This document shows, one piece after another, positions 29,664 through 38,965 of a stretch of 64,000 nucleotides of DNA (position 1 is its first letter; each line of letters starts with the position of its first letter). The stretch is taken from positions 32,001-96,000 of IMG/VR virus record IMGVR_UViG_3300033068_001704. The stretch is one strand, 5' to 3'. This DNA comes from a virus (Duplodnaviria > Caudoviricetes). The translations under genes and the position numbers were made by a program. The notes beneath the pieces were generated by a model. It was not told where the DNA came from. It saw only the letters and a list, made by a program, of their open reading frames with translations, and searched no databases.

Positions 29664-31142
29664 ATGGCCTTTCTCCGGTACGCACGGGCACAGGTCACGC
29701 GCCCTCAGGTCCAGGGTCAGCTATGGGACAACGTTCGGGTTGCGTCTGGCGTGCGCCGGGCGGACCGGAACCTCGTCGATCAGGCCTCCAAGATCCTCCA
29801 GGATGATTTCGACCCCTCGAAGTACCTCCTGACCCACGCGACGATCGTCGCTTCGGTGGACACCGTCCCTGGCCCGAGCACGAAGCTCGGGAAGGTCACG
29901 GAGGAAGGCCGGAAGATCGTCCGCAAGACGGCGAACTACCGGGTCAAGGCCTCCTGCGACAAGTTCATCAACAACAACCTCGACTGCTGGGCGAGGCCTG
30001 TTCTGCTCAAGTCGTACCCGACGTTCGTCGGGGCGCACTCGTTCGTCGAGCACGTACAGATCGAGAACCTGTCCAAGGGCCGCATCATCGATGCGGTGGG
30101 TCGGGACATCGGCGACTCGATCTACGTGGACATCCTCGTTGCGAACGACCGCAAGCACGCAGAGCTGATCAAGGACATCGAGTCCGGCAAGCTTTCGACG
30201 CTGTCGATGGGTTGCTCGATCGATGGTTCGACCTGCACGAAGTGTGGTCACTGGGCGGCGGACGAGACCGAGTTCTGCGACCACATCAAGTACGAGAAGG
30301 GCAACATCTTCTACGACGACAACGGTCAGAAGTACCGGGTCGCCGAGCTGTGTGGAGATGAGTCCCTCGACCCCAGCGGAGGGGTGAAGTTCATCGAGGC
30401 GTCGTGGGTCGAGATCCCGGCGTTCACGGGGGCAGTCGCCCGGAACATCATCACCGTGAACTCCGAGAGCGGGAAGAAGAAGACTGCGCAGCAGATCCAG
30501 CGTGTCTTCGAGGGTTCGGAGCCGTTCTCGCCGGACCTGGGATCGATGCAGCGGGCTGCTTCGGACCTTGGTCTCGACCGGCAGGCAGACCTCTCGTACG
30601 TCGCTGGGATGTTCGATGAGGAAGAGGGGGGAGAGACTCCTCCCCCCTCGGAACCCGTCAAGTCTCCCCTCGACGACCTTCGTGGGAAGGTCAAGCAGCA
30701 CCTGCTCGACGACGTCCTCCAGGAGCTGGAGGACGAGATGTCCAAGAAGGATGTCGAAGACCAGGTGATCCCGAAGTCGGACGCCCCGAACGACAGCGTC
30801 GTCAAGCAGGCGAAGCATCGTTTCGTCAGGGCTGGGATGAAGCGCGTGTACGTCGCTTCGCTCCGAACCCTCGTCTCGACCGCCTCGAATGACGCCGCCC
30901 TCATGAACGGAATTGCGACCCTGAATGCCGAAATCGGAATTCAGGTTCCGGTTTCTGTCTATAGGGCTGCGCTAAAGGTCGGGGCCTACTCCCGATACGC
31001 AGGCCCTCAGCAATTCCTCAAGGCAGCCGGGGAAGCCCTCGGACATACGCCTTCCCACAGCGAAACGCGGACGCTCGCGCGCCTCGCGTATCTGCTGGAA
31101 GAACGATCGAACCACTCGGCGTCACGCCGAAACCGTTCCTGA
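29664..31142 (+). CDS. Prohead maturation protease (HK97/assemblin-like serine protease) with Zn-finger insert
   Basis: NNN.D.W, F.GAHSFVEH, GRIIDA, LSMGC (catalytic Ser), CTKC...CDH, FIEASWV..PA; position before scaffold and MCP. Confidence 0.8.
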   Translation: MAFLRYARAQVTRPQVQGQLWDNVRVASGVRRADRNLVDQASKILQDDFDPSKYLLTHATIVASVDTVPGPSTKLGKVTEEGRKIVRKTANYRVKASCDKFINNNLDCWARPVLLKSYPTFVGAHSFVEHVQIENLSKGRIIDAVGRDIGDSIYVDILVANDRKHAELIKDIESGKLSTLSMGCSIDGSTCTKCGHWAADETEFCDHIKYEKGNIFYDDNGQKYRVAELCGDESLDPSGGVKFIEASWVEIPAFTGAVARNIITVNSESGKKKTAQQIQRVFEGSEPFSPDLGSMQRAASDLGLDRQADLSYVAGMFDEEEGGETPPPSEPVKSPLDDLRGKVKQHLLDDVLQELEDEMSKKDVEDQVIPKSDAPNDSVVKQAKHRFVRAGMKRVYVASLRTLVSTASNDAALMNGIATLNAEIGIQVPVSVYRAALKVGAYSRYAGPQQFLKAAGEALGHTPSHSETRTLARLAYLLEERSNHSASRRNRS

Positions 31143-31154
31143 AGGAGAACACTC

Positions 31155-32453
31155 ATGACGCGCCGCCGACTGACTCAGCACCGCCAGGCATCCGCTGCAC
31201 CCGCCCTCCCCACCGAGGCAGGGGGACACCCGGCGTCCTACCCGGACCCCGACGAGAACGCCTACATGAACGGCGATCCGTCGTCGTGGGCGGAGGACCC
31301 GACGAGCGGTCCCTACCCGAACGGCGAAGCTCCCGCCCTCCCCACCGAGGCAGGCGGACACCCGGCTTCGAAGTCGGCTTCGCGCGAAGTGCGCGCGGCC
31401 ATGGAGCAGAAGGCTGCGCGCTGCATCCGCATCGCTCAGTCGATGCTCGGCCGCAAGGCTTCGGTCGAGTCCATCGAGGACCAGGCCCTGGAGCTGATGA
31501 GCCTTCCCGACCGTCAGATCGCGGCGACCCTCAGCCGCATCGCGGACGAGCGCTCGGCGTCGAGCCTCCGTGAGGCAGACGACCTGATCGCTGACGATCT
31601 CCTCGTCGATGAGGAGGACGTCGCTTCGGCATCGTCGCGTTCGGCCAAGAAGGCGGACGAGGACGAGCTGGAGGAGGTCGAGGTCGAGGAGGAGAAGGAC
31701 GCAGCGAAGAAGGCGGCTCACTACGCCCGTCTCGCCGCGCACTACGGCTCGATCGCCAGCAAGTCGGCCTCGAAGAAGTCCGAGGACGAGGAAGAGGAAG
31801 ACCTTCTCGCCGAGATGGAAGAGGAGGAGGCGAAGAAGTCCGCCGCCAAGAAGTCCGAGGACGACGAGGACACCGAGGCTCTTCTCGCAGAGATGCTGGA
31901 GGAAGAGGAGAAGAAGAAGTCTGCGTCGAAGAAGTCGGAAGACGAGACCGACGAGGACGAGGCGAAGAAGGAAGCCGCCAAGAAGTCGGAAGACGAGGCC
32001 GAGGACGAGGAGGCGAAGAAGGAAGCCGCCAAGAAGTCCGAGGACGAGGGCCAGGACGAGGCAGCGGACGCGGACGACGACGTCGAGGCCTCGAAGAAGG
32101 CGTGCGGCGAAGAGGACGGTCTGATGGCCGAGTTCGGCGACGACCTCGACCCGATGGCGTCGATGGACGACGTCCCGGGCATGGGCGACGACGAGATGGA
32201 GATGCTCTACGGCTCGCACTTCGCCTCGAAGAAGTCCGAGGACGAGGGTGACGAGGGTGACGAGCCCAAGGAGGAAGAGGAGGGGGTCAAGAAGGCCGCC
32301 GCCGTCCGCCCGCAGCCCCGTCGCGCCTCGACCGGCGTCCGCACCCTCGGTGCGGTGAGCAAGACCGCTTCGGCGGCGAGCGGTGGAACCGAGATCTCGG
32401 AGCTGTCGAAGCTCTGGGAGTCGGCCCCCGACGTCTCGAAGATCTTCGGCTGA
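31155..32453 (+). CDS. Capsid scaffolding protein
   Basis: Highly acidic with KKSED repeats, conserved-looking C-terminal LSKLWESAPDVSKIF; between protease and capsid genes. Confidence 0.75.
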   Translation: MTRRRLTQHRQASAAPALPTEAGGHPASYPDPDENAYMNGDPSSWAEDPTSGPYPNGEAPALPTEAGGHPASKSASREVRAAMEQKAARCIRIAQSMLGRKASVESIEDQALELMSLPDRQIAATLSRIADERSASSLREADDLIADDLLVDEEDVASASSRSAKKADEDELEEVEVEEEKDAAKKAAHYARLAAHYGSIASKSASKKSEDEEEEDLLAEMEEEEAKKSAAKKSEDDEDTEALLAEMLEEEEKKKSASKKSEDETDEDEAKKEAAKKSEDEAEDEEAKKEAAKKSEDEGQDEAADADDDVEASKKACGEEDGLMAEFGDDLDPMASMDDVPGMGDDEMEMLYGSHFASKKSEDEGDEGDEPKEEEEGVKKAAAVRPQPRRASTGVRTLGAVSKTASAASGGTEISELSKLWESAPDVSKIFG

Positions 32454-32477
32454 TCATCACCTGATCTGAACGAAGAG

Positions 32478-32518
32478 GAAGGCCTGAGTCGGACAACCGA
32501 CTCAGGCCTTCTGCGTTT
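32478..32518 (+). terminator. Strong hairpin/terminator after scaffold
   Basis: 15-bp perfect stem GAAGGCCTGAGTCGG-ACAA-CCGACTCAGGCCTTC then TGCGTTT. Confidence 0.7.
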
Positions 32519-32708
32519 CAGTCACTGCACAACGCGACTCGTATCTATCCCCCCCTAAAAAAACTTTCACTGGATTTCGTTTTCTGACTAATAGGGGCCG
32601 CTTAGGGTTGACGGGTCAACTGACCCACCCCGTTTCCATGGTGGGAATGGGTCCCCCCTCGAAGTAACCCCACTCCCCTGACAGGGAGCAGAGATAGGAG
32701 CCTAGGCT

Positions 32709-33389
32709 ATGCCTTTGCTTGGACAGGCGAGCGGTGGGTGGACTGAGAGCAGCTCGGCCCTGAGACTTCTCCACGTCGGTGTGCGCAACACCGTCGGAGT
32801 TCTCACGGACGACAGCTTCACGCAGTCCAACCCCCCGATCGTGACGACCGCAGGAACGATCTCCACCGCACCCGGCCTCCTCACCGAGGTTCACGGCGTG
32901 CTCTCGGGCTCCGTCGCGTTCGCCCGCCCCGATGGCGGATCGAACTTCATCGGAGGCCCCGTCACCGTCGCTGCGAGCGGCGTGACGGCAGCCCAGGCGC
33001 TTCGCACGCGTCCGGTCGGCTGCTTCATCAACAACGCGATGGGCAACGCGTACGAGAACCTTCCGGGGGTCGCCTCGAACAAGGGTCCGTACGTTTCGGC
33101 GCAGGGCACCTACGGCAACCGTCTCTACGAGACGGAGCTGCTCGCGGCTGCCGCACCGTTCGCTCAGGGTGCGTCGATGACGTTCATGGCGGGCATGGAG
33201 CTGGTCGCTTCGGTGAACGGCTACCTCATGCCTCGTGAACTCGACAACGCGGGTGCCTCGGTGTCGATCGACATCACGGGTGCGTCCCTCGAAGTCACGA
33301 ACGGGCGCGCGTCGAGCACGCTCATGGGCATCCTCAAGATGGTTCCGGACTCGGTCCAGACCGAGCTGGTCTACGACCAGCGCGTCTGA
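32709..33389 (+). CDS. Head decoration/capsid cement protein
   Basis: Immediately upstream of MCP; small beta-rich protein, highly expressed codon usage. Confidence 0.65.
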   Translation: MPLLGQASGGWTESSSALRLLHVGVRNTVGVLTDDSFTQSNPPIVTTAGTISTAPGLLTEVHGVLSGSVAFARPDGGSNFIGGPVTVAASGVTAAQALRTRPVGCFINNAMGNAYENLPGVASNKGPYVSAQGTYGNRLYETELLAAAAPFAQGASMTFMAGMELVASVNGYLMPRELDNAGASVSIDITGASLEVTNGRASSTLMGILKMVPDSVQTELVYDQRV

Positions 33390-33417
33390 GCGCGTCGCTG
33401 AAGGAAAGAGGAAAGCC

Positions 33418-34293
33418 ATGTCGAACGTCAGCAACGCGATCAAGCAGAAGATCATCAGCGACTACCTCAAGACCGCTTCGGGCCGTAACAAGCTCGCAGC
33501 GTCGATGACGCAGCCGCTCCGCACGCGCCGGGACTACATGTCCGTGGGCCGCAAGACCTTCCTGGTCGAGCAGCTCCCCGACGGCGCACTCCCGATCTAC
33601 GACAAGGACCCGGACGTCACGGCGTACGTGGTCGGCGAGGAGGGCGAGAACATCCTCGCCATCACCAAGCCGCGTCGTGTGATCTTCCCGCTGTTCGAGA
33701 TCGCCTCGAACCCGGAGATCCCCCTCACGCAGATCAAGGAGCGCCGCTTCGACCTCATCGAGCGCGCCCAGGATCTCGCGCGAGCCATGATCCAGGCCGC
33801 CGAGGACGAGCGCGTCTTCGCAGTCCTCGACGCCATCGCCGTGAACGGGTTCGACTCGATCCCCGGTGGCACCAACGCAGACATCCCGGTGATCGCGCCC
33901 ATCAACGGCGCAGTCCTCGCGGATGCCTTCGCGATGATCGAGCGTCATGACCTGCGCGTCGCGCGCGTGTACATGAACGCGCGGGACTACGCGGACATCC
34001 GCAAGTTCGGTCGCGACATCCTCGACATCGAGTCGCAGGCGACGCTGCTCAAGACCGGCCTCCAGGCAACCCTCTGGGGCGCCCAGGTCATCACGAGCCG
34101 TCTCGTCCCGGTCGGCACGGTGTACATCTGCTGCGAGCCCGAGATGTTCGGTCGGATCCCGGTCCGCACCGAGCTGACGGTCCTCTCGGCCGACGACCCG
34201 AAGGCCCGGACCATCGGCTTCAGCGTGTTCGAAAATCTCGGCATCGGCGCGTACAACCCGCGAGGCCTCACCCGCCTCACGGTCACCCGCTGA
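33418..34293 (+). CDS. Major capsid protein (HK97 fold, encapsulin-like size)
   Basis: 291 aa from ATG 33418; GR.KLAASM.QPLR...DY..VGRK.F.VEQLP.GALP.YD; AEDER.FA; MN.RDY.DI; followed by terminator. Confidence 0.85.
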   Translation: MSNVSNAIKQKIISDYLKTASGRNKLAASMTQPLRTRRDYMSVGRKTFLVEQLPDGALPIYDKDPDVTAYVVGEEGENILAITKPRRVIFPLFEIASNPEIPLTQIKERRFDLIERAQDLARAMIQAAEDERVFAVLDAIAVNGFDSIPGGTNADIPVIAPINGAVLADAFAMIERHDLRVARVYMNARDYADIRKFGRDILDIESQATLLKTGLQATLWGAQVITSRLVPVGTVYICCEPEMFGRIPVRTELTVLSADDPKARTIGFSVFENLGIGAYNPRGLTRLTVTR

Positions 34294-34329
34294 ACTAGCT
34301 GAGATCGCTGAGTAATCAGCGCCCAACAA

Positions 34330-34373
34330 CATCGAGCCCGGAGCCTGAAAAGGCCTCGGGCTCGATGCTTTTT
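34330..34373 (+). terminator. Rho-independent terminator after MCP
   Basis: CATCGAGCCCG..GCCT-GAAA-AGGC..CGGGCTCGATG followed by CTTTTT. Confidence 0.85.
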
Positions 34374-34412
34374 GCGGTGGCTTTCGGTGATATTTCGGGT
34401 ACTGTACCCTGA

Positions 34413-35357
34413 ATGAAAGCCATCCCTTGCCCTGTCTCCCAGGAAGAGCTTCGGGTCCTCGTGTGGGACGAGAAGCTCACAGACGAACAGATCGCGACTC
34501 GACTCCCAGATGGGACAGCGAAGCGTGTTCGGTCATGGCGCGAGCGGTATGGGATCGAGACGCACCCGAGATGGGCTCGGAACGAAGTCCCCCCGATCGA
34601 GGGGAAGCTCCATTCTCTCCTCGTCGGGTCGATGCTTGGAGATGGACGCATCGTCCACCGCACGAATGCAGCCCACTACAGCGAGAGCCACAGCGGCGCG
34701 CAGCGGTCCTACCTGGAGTGGAAGGCGGACCTCTGGGGGTCGTGGGCACGCCCGATTTTCAACGTTCCGGACAATCGTGGCTACGAGCAGGTCCGGATGA
34801 ACACGGTTGCCCATGGTGCCCTGGTTCCGTGGAGGGACATGTTCTACCCGAGTCGGGAGAAGGGCTGGAAGAGACTCGTCCCGAGCATCGTGGACCTCGT
34901 GGACGAGTTCGCGCTCGCGATCTGGTACCTGGATGATGGGTGCTCTTCGTGGTGGCCCACCATCACCTTCGGGATGGATGAGGGGAGCTGGAAGATCGCC
35001 GGGGCCATCTTCGAGAAGTTCGGCCTTCAAGTGAGGTGGGGGCCGAAGCGAGGTGCCACGGGGGAGTTCTACATGGAGAGGGAGGACACGGCTCACCGGT
35101 TCCTCGACCTCATCACCCCCCACGTCCCCGAGTGCATGAGCTACAAGCTCTCTGGGTTCGGGTTCCAGGGGCCCCACTACCACGTCCGAGGGAGCCTGAC
35201 GGAGGCTTCGCTCCGGGACTACGCGGCGCGTCAGGTCCCGATCCAGAAGATCGCCAGAGAGCTGGGCGTTGGGGCCACAACCGTGGACACCTACCTGAAG
35301 AAATTCGGGATCGAGCACGCAAGGAAGCGGGGTCGCCCCAGCGTCATGGGGGAGTAG
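34413..35357 (+). mobile_element. Free-standing LAGLIDADG homing endonuclease with flanking HTH domains
   Basis: LVGSMLGDGRI and ALAIWYLDDG motifs; N- and C-terminal HTH-like segments. Confidence 0.85.
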
Positions 35358-35364
35358 ATACAAG

Positions 35365-35757
35365 ATGTACCTGTCTCTCGTAGAGGAGATCCTCAACCCC
35401 ACCATCGATCGCTTGCATGTGGAGTGGTTGACGCTGAAGCGAACCGGACGCCGCCAGACACTTTCTTGGGTCGATTACCACAAGAAGCAGGGGGTACTGG
35501 CAGCTCTAAAGGCCAAATTCATCTACCTGTCAGATGTGCGGGATGGGTTCTGGGTGACCACAAACCCCACGGTTTACTCGATGAGGGGCATGCTCGGGGA
35601 TGCCAACTCAGACCTTCTCCGAGAGATGGTGAGGAAGGCTCTAGCCCCTCTTCTGGGGGAGGCTGAAGCAGAAATCGTGCGCCTCCAGAAGCTCGTGAAG
35701 GAGTTGGAGCGGGACCGGGAGCGGGCGATGTACCCGCGCGACTCGATCGACTCCTAG
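35365..35757 (+). CDS. Hypothetical protein
   Basis: ORF, C-terminal coiled coil. Confidence 0.55.
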   Translation: MYLSLVEEILNPTIDRLHVEWLTLKRTGRRQTLSWVDYHKKQGVLAALKAKFIYLSDVRDGFWVTTNPTVYSMRGMLGDANSDLLREMVRKALAPLLGEAEAEIVRLQKLVKELERDRERAMYPRDSIDS

Positions 35758-35815
35758 GTCATCTGGGGGTTCTTGGTGAGTAACGTCCTGGGCAACCCCC
35801 CAGGAGACGTTGACC

Positions 35816-36895
35816 ATGAGCAAGAACCACTACGAGAAGATCCGCAAGATCGTGGACGGATCGTTCTACTCCCCGAGTGTCGAGAAGGATGTCAGCAACT
35901 TCACGGACGTGAAGACCAGCCACATCCTTGATGCGATCCACCAGCTCGCTCGGGGTGCCCTGTACGAGATTTCGGAGAAGCTGAACGAGGGCCGTCTCCG
36001 GTGGCTCAAGTCTGGGATGACCGAGCACGCGGGCGTGCTTGCAGGTGCGATCAAGATCGTGGAGGCGAAGGCCAAGAACCTGGAGGTGGATGTCGATCTG
36101 ATCCAGTCCACCCTCGACGGCTCTCGTTACAGCCCGGGTGTCTGCGATGCGTCCCCGGATTCTGATGGTTTGAAGGCCCGTCACCTGTGCGCGTATGCGA
36201 GGGACGTAGTCTTCAAGACCCTGTATGACGTGTCGGGGGAGTTGAACGTCCGTCGTCTTGGTTGGCTCAAGGCAGGGATGTCAGAACAGGCTGGGGTTCT
36301 GGCATGGACCATCAAGCTCGTGGAGGGGGATGGTCGCCGCAGATCTGGGGAAGGTGATTCCGACGAGGATCTCGTTGACGAGGACTCCGAGGGCAATGAG
36401 AGGTTGGCGGACGTCGAACAGAACGTCGTCCAGAAGATCTCCAAGTACCTTCACCTGAAGGATGACGCTGAGGCGGAGGAGGAGGAGGAGGAGGCCCCCG
36501 CCGCCCCTGCCCCTGACCGAACGTGCCACGTCGTGCAGCTCTGCGAACTCTCAGCGGGGGTGCTGGCAAGCGTGGAGGCAGAGGAAGCGCAGGACCTCGT
36601 CTCGCAGATCGAGACGATGGTTCGTCTGACGAAGCAGCTTCCCGATGTGGTGAGAAACCACTTCAACACGTGGATGGATGCGGCGAAGGCAGATCAAGGC
36701 TCGCTCTTTCGACGGGAGTACAGGGGGTTCCTTCGGGTCGATGTCCCGAACCCGAACATCAAACACGAAATGGTTCAGCAGCTTTCCGACAAGGCGCGAG
36801 GCTTGATGAAGGACCTTCTGGAGCATGAGGGGTTCACCATCCAGAGCAGCTTCCACGTCAACACCAACCTTTCCCAGATCACGTTCTCATGGTGA
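35816..36895 (+). CDS. Hypothetical protein with ~35-aa internal duplication
   Basis: LYEISEKLNEGRLRWLKSGMTEHAGVLA vs LYDVSGELNVRRLGWLKAGMSEQAGVLA. Confidence 0.65.
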   Translation: MSKNHYEKIRKIVDGSFYSPSVEKDVSNFTDVKTSHILDAIHQLARGALYEISEKLNEGRLRWLKSGMTEHAGVLAGAIKIVEAKAKNLEVDVDLIQSTLDGSRYSPGVCDASPDSDGLKARHLCAYARDVVFKTLYDVSGELNVRRLGWLKAGMSEQAGVLAWTIKLVEGDGRRRSGEGDSDEDLVDEDSEGNERLADVEQNVVQKISKYLHLKDDAEAEEEEEEAPAAPAPDRTCHVVQLCELSAGVLASVEAEEAQDLVSQIETMVRLTKQLPDVVRNHFNTWMDAAKADQGSLFRREYRGFLRVDVPNPNIKHEMVQQLSDKARGLMKDLLEHEGFTIQSSFHVNTNLSQITFSW

Positions 36896-37188
36896 CCCCG
36901 CCGCGCCAGCTACGCCCCGTGGTCGTGTGCCCAGAGGTGTCCGAGCCCACGCTCTTCCTCTCGTTCTCGGACGCCGTGACGGCCCTCGGTGAGGGGTGGG
37001 GGGAGCATTTCCGCTCGGTCTTCATGTCTGGCGTCGGGGTCGCGGGCGTGTGGGCAGTCCCTCATCCGGATGCCGGCGCTCATCCTGACGCCGTCGCCTT
37101 CAGCGCCAAGAGCATTTGCGAGAAGATCGACGGAGAAATTCTCAACATGCTCACTGAAGCCGCGAAGCCGTACAAGGGGAAGTGGTGA
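36889..37188 (+). CDS. Hypothetical protein
   Basis: Overlap-coupled ORF. Confidence 0.5.
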   Translation: MVTPPRQLRPVVVCPEVSEPTLFLSFSDAVTALGEGWGEHFRSVFMSGVGVAGVWAVPHPDAGAHPDAVAFSAKSICEKIDGEILNMLTEAAKPYKGKW

Positions 37189-37442
37189 CCGATCTGGAGC
37201 ATGACGCGGAGTTCCCGTTCTCCGAAGCGCTAATTCGCATGCGCGAAGGAGGGAATGTGCGTCGAAAGGGGTGGGCCTCGACAGTCCGTCTCGACAGTGA
37301 TGGGGAGATCGTGTGGGCCGACCTGTCGGCCATAGAACGCCCGCTCGCCGAGGTGGGGTTGGGGTTCATCCTCACCCACAAGAAGGCCAACCTTCGCGAC
37401 ACTGATCTGCTCGCCACTGACTGGAGCGAGGTGAAGCCGTGA
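37182..37442 (+). CDS. DUF2829/Tad2-like (Thoeris anti-defence 2) nucleotide-sponge candidate
   Basis: FSEALIRMREGGNVRRKGW ... TDLLATDW matches the family's terminal motifs. Confidence 0.7.
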   Translation: MVTDLEHDAEFPFSEALIRMREGGNVRRKGWASTVRLDSDGEIVWADLSAIERPLAEVGLGFILTHKKANLRDTDLLATDWSEVKP

Positions 37443-37612
37443 CCAACAGCGAGATCTTCCGGCGTGTCGCAGAGCACCAGCTCACCCCGAGTGAAGGGGT
37501 GGCTCTGATGCTTCAGCAGGACCGGGAAGATCTCGCTCGTCTGCGCCCCACATGGGTTCCGACATGGATCTGGGGCCGATGCGTCTCCCTGGTGGTCGGC
37601 CCACAGGCGTAA
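37439..37612 (+). CDS. Small hypothetical protein (57 aa, below ORF-track cutoff)
   Basis: GTGA overlap with upstream stop; open to TAA 37610-37612. Confidence 0.45.
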   Translation: MTNSEIFRRVAEHQLTPSEGVALMLQQDREDLARLRPTWVPTWIWGRCVSLVVGPQA

Positions 37613-37620
37613 GATCTCAG

Positions 37621-37839
37621 ATGGACGACGAGGAGCGGGTCCCTCCCGCAACGAACGAGCTTTGCCCGGCGTGCCTCGGCTCGTTGGGTCGTTCCACCGT
37701 GACCATCTACGTCGCTGGCACGGATGACAAGGAGACGATCTCCTTGGACATCGGGTGCTGGGCGAAAGCCGGCATGCCGAAGTGGTGGACTGGCAGACCG
37801 TCGCAGATGAACCTTCCTCCCGGGCGTAAGAGTCGGTAG
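37621..37839 (+). CDS. Small hypothetical protein (CxxC)
   Basis: ATG 5 nt after TAAGAT box; LCPAC. Confidence 0.5.
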   Translation: MDDEERVPPATNELCPACLGSLGRSTVTIYVAGTDDKETISLDIGCWAKAGMPKWWTGRPSQMNLPPGRKSR

Positions 37840-38367
37840 ATGGATCAAGACAACGACGACGATCCGAGGATGCTCTCCCCCGAGCAGATGGAGGCCTTGA
37901 AGAGGGGCGAGCTGAGGTTCGAGGCGGTGGTCATCGCCAACCCCAGGAAGCTCGCATCCCAGGTGAAGCAAGTCCTCGTGGTCCGCAAGGACCTGAACAT
38001 GAGGAAGGGGAAGATCGCGGCGCAGTGCGGACATGCGGTCATGAAGGTGATCCTCGACCGGATGATCGTCCGGCCGGACACCGACAACGACGCAGCCACG
38101 GTGCGTGAGTTCCTCTTCAGCTACGCCCGTCCGAGCGCCTGGGCATCTTGGCTGGAGGGGAAGTACACGAAGATCTGCGTGTCCGTGAACTCCGAGGCCG
38201 AGCTGCTGGAGGTCTACGAGAAGGCGAAGCTGGTCGCCCCCGCATCCCTGATCCAAGACTCCGGACTCACTGAGTTCGGCGGCGTCCCCACCTACACGGT
38301 GGTCGCGGTCGGCCCCGCTTGGGCTGACGAGATCGACCCCATCACCGGTCATCTCCCTCTTCTCTGA
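37840..38367 (+). CDS. pth2: Peptidyl-tRNA hydrolase, Pth2 (archaeal/eukaryotic type)
   Basis: KQVLVVRKDLNMRKGKIAAQCGHA, KICVSV, IQDSGLTEF, TVVAVGP, IDPITGHLPLL. Confidence 0.93.
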   Translation: MDQDNDDDPRMLSPEQMEALKRGELRFEAVVIANPRKLASQVKQVLVVRKDLNMRKGKIAAQCGHAVMKVILDRMIVRPDTDNDAATVREFLFSYARPSAWASWLEGKYTKICVSVNSEAELLEVYEKAKLVAPASLIQDSGLTEFGGVPTYTVVAVGPAWADEIDPITGHLPLL

Positions 38368-38408
38368 GGCCTGGTATGACGCTCGATTCGACGAAGCAGG
38401 AGGCCGCC

Positions 38409-38417
38409 ATGATTTGA
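38409..38417 (+). other. Met-Ile-stop minigene with strong RBS
   Basis: AGGAGG-ccgcc-ATG ATT TGA, in frame with downstream ATG 38436. Confidence 0.5.
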
Positions 38418-38435
38418 ACCAAGGAGGTTCTCATC

Positions 38436-38642
38436 ATGTCGCGGTCGTTCAAGTCCTATCAGAAGCGCGATCCCAAGCGTACGGGAATCTTCTTGGGTGC
38501 CTACTTCAACACGTGGTGCGGGTTCACGTGCTGCGGGTTCAGAGGCCAGTCGAACCGCCCCTCAGCGAAGAGGGAGATCCGCGCCTGGAGACGGGCCCAA
38601 GACCGCGAGGCGGTCCGAGATGGGCTCGCGGATCGAGACTGA
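38436..38642 (+). CDS. Small basic protein (MSRSFK...)
   Basis: AAGGAGG RBS; Arg/Lys-rich 68 aa. Confidence 0.65.
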   Translation: MSRSFKSYQKRDPKRTGIFLGAYFNTWCGFTCCGFRGQSNRPSAKREIRAWRRAQDREAVRDGLADRD

Positions 38643-38653
38643 GGGTCATCAAG

Positions 38654-38965
38654 GTGAGAGTACACCCCCGAATCTGTGACGCGGCCGAGGCCATTCTCCG
38701 GGAGACCGACAACCCTGCGGTGATGTGGGGGGACTGCGGTCTCCTCGACATGATCGCCGTTCGGGCTGGTCTTGAGCGAGACGGGACGAAGTGGATGGGG
38801 GGCATCCCTCATCTTCACAGCCGGGTTCTCGACGCGTTGTCGAAGCAACCTGGGGGTCTGGTGGCCGGGACGACGCGCTGCGGGTCGAACCGTCGCGTGA
38901 GGATTTTCTGGCTTCCGGAGAAAGCTCCGAAGTGGGCGCGGCCCGAAGGCGTAAGAACCTCGTGA
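38654..38965 (+). CDS. Hypothetical protein
   Basis: 3' part of ORF 38414-38965; GAGGG RBS before GTG 38654. Confidence 0.55.
   Translation: MRVHPRICDAAEAILRETDNPAVMWGDCGLLDMIAVRAGLERDGTKWMGGIPHLHSRVLDALSKQPGGLVAGTTRCGSNRRVRIFWLPEKAPKWARPEGVRTS

Noticed and set aside
19464-34293. Inteins or introns in terminase, portal, protease or capsid genes
   Set aside because: Lengths are normal and no Cys...His-Asn splice motifs are seen.
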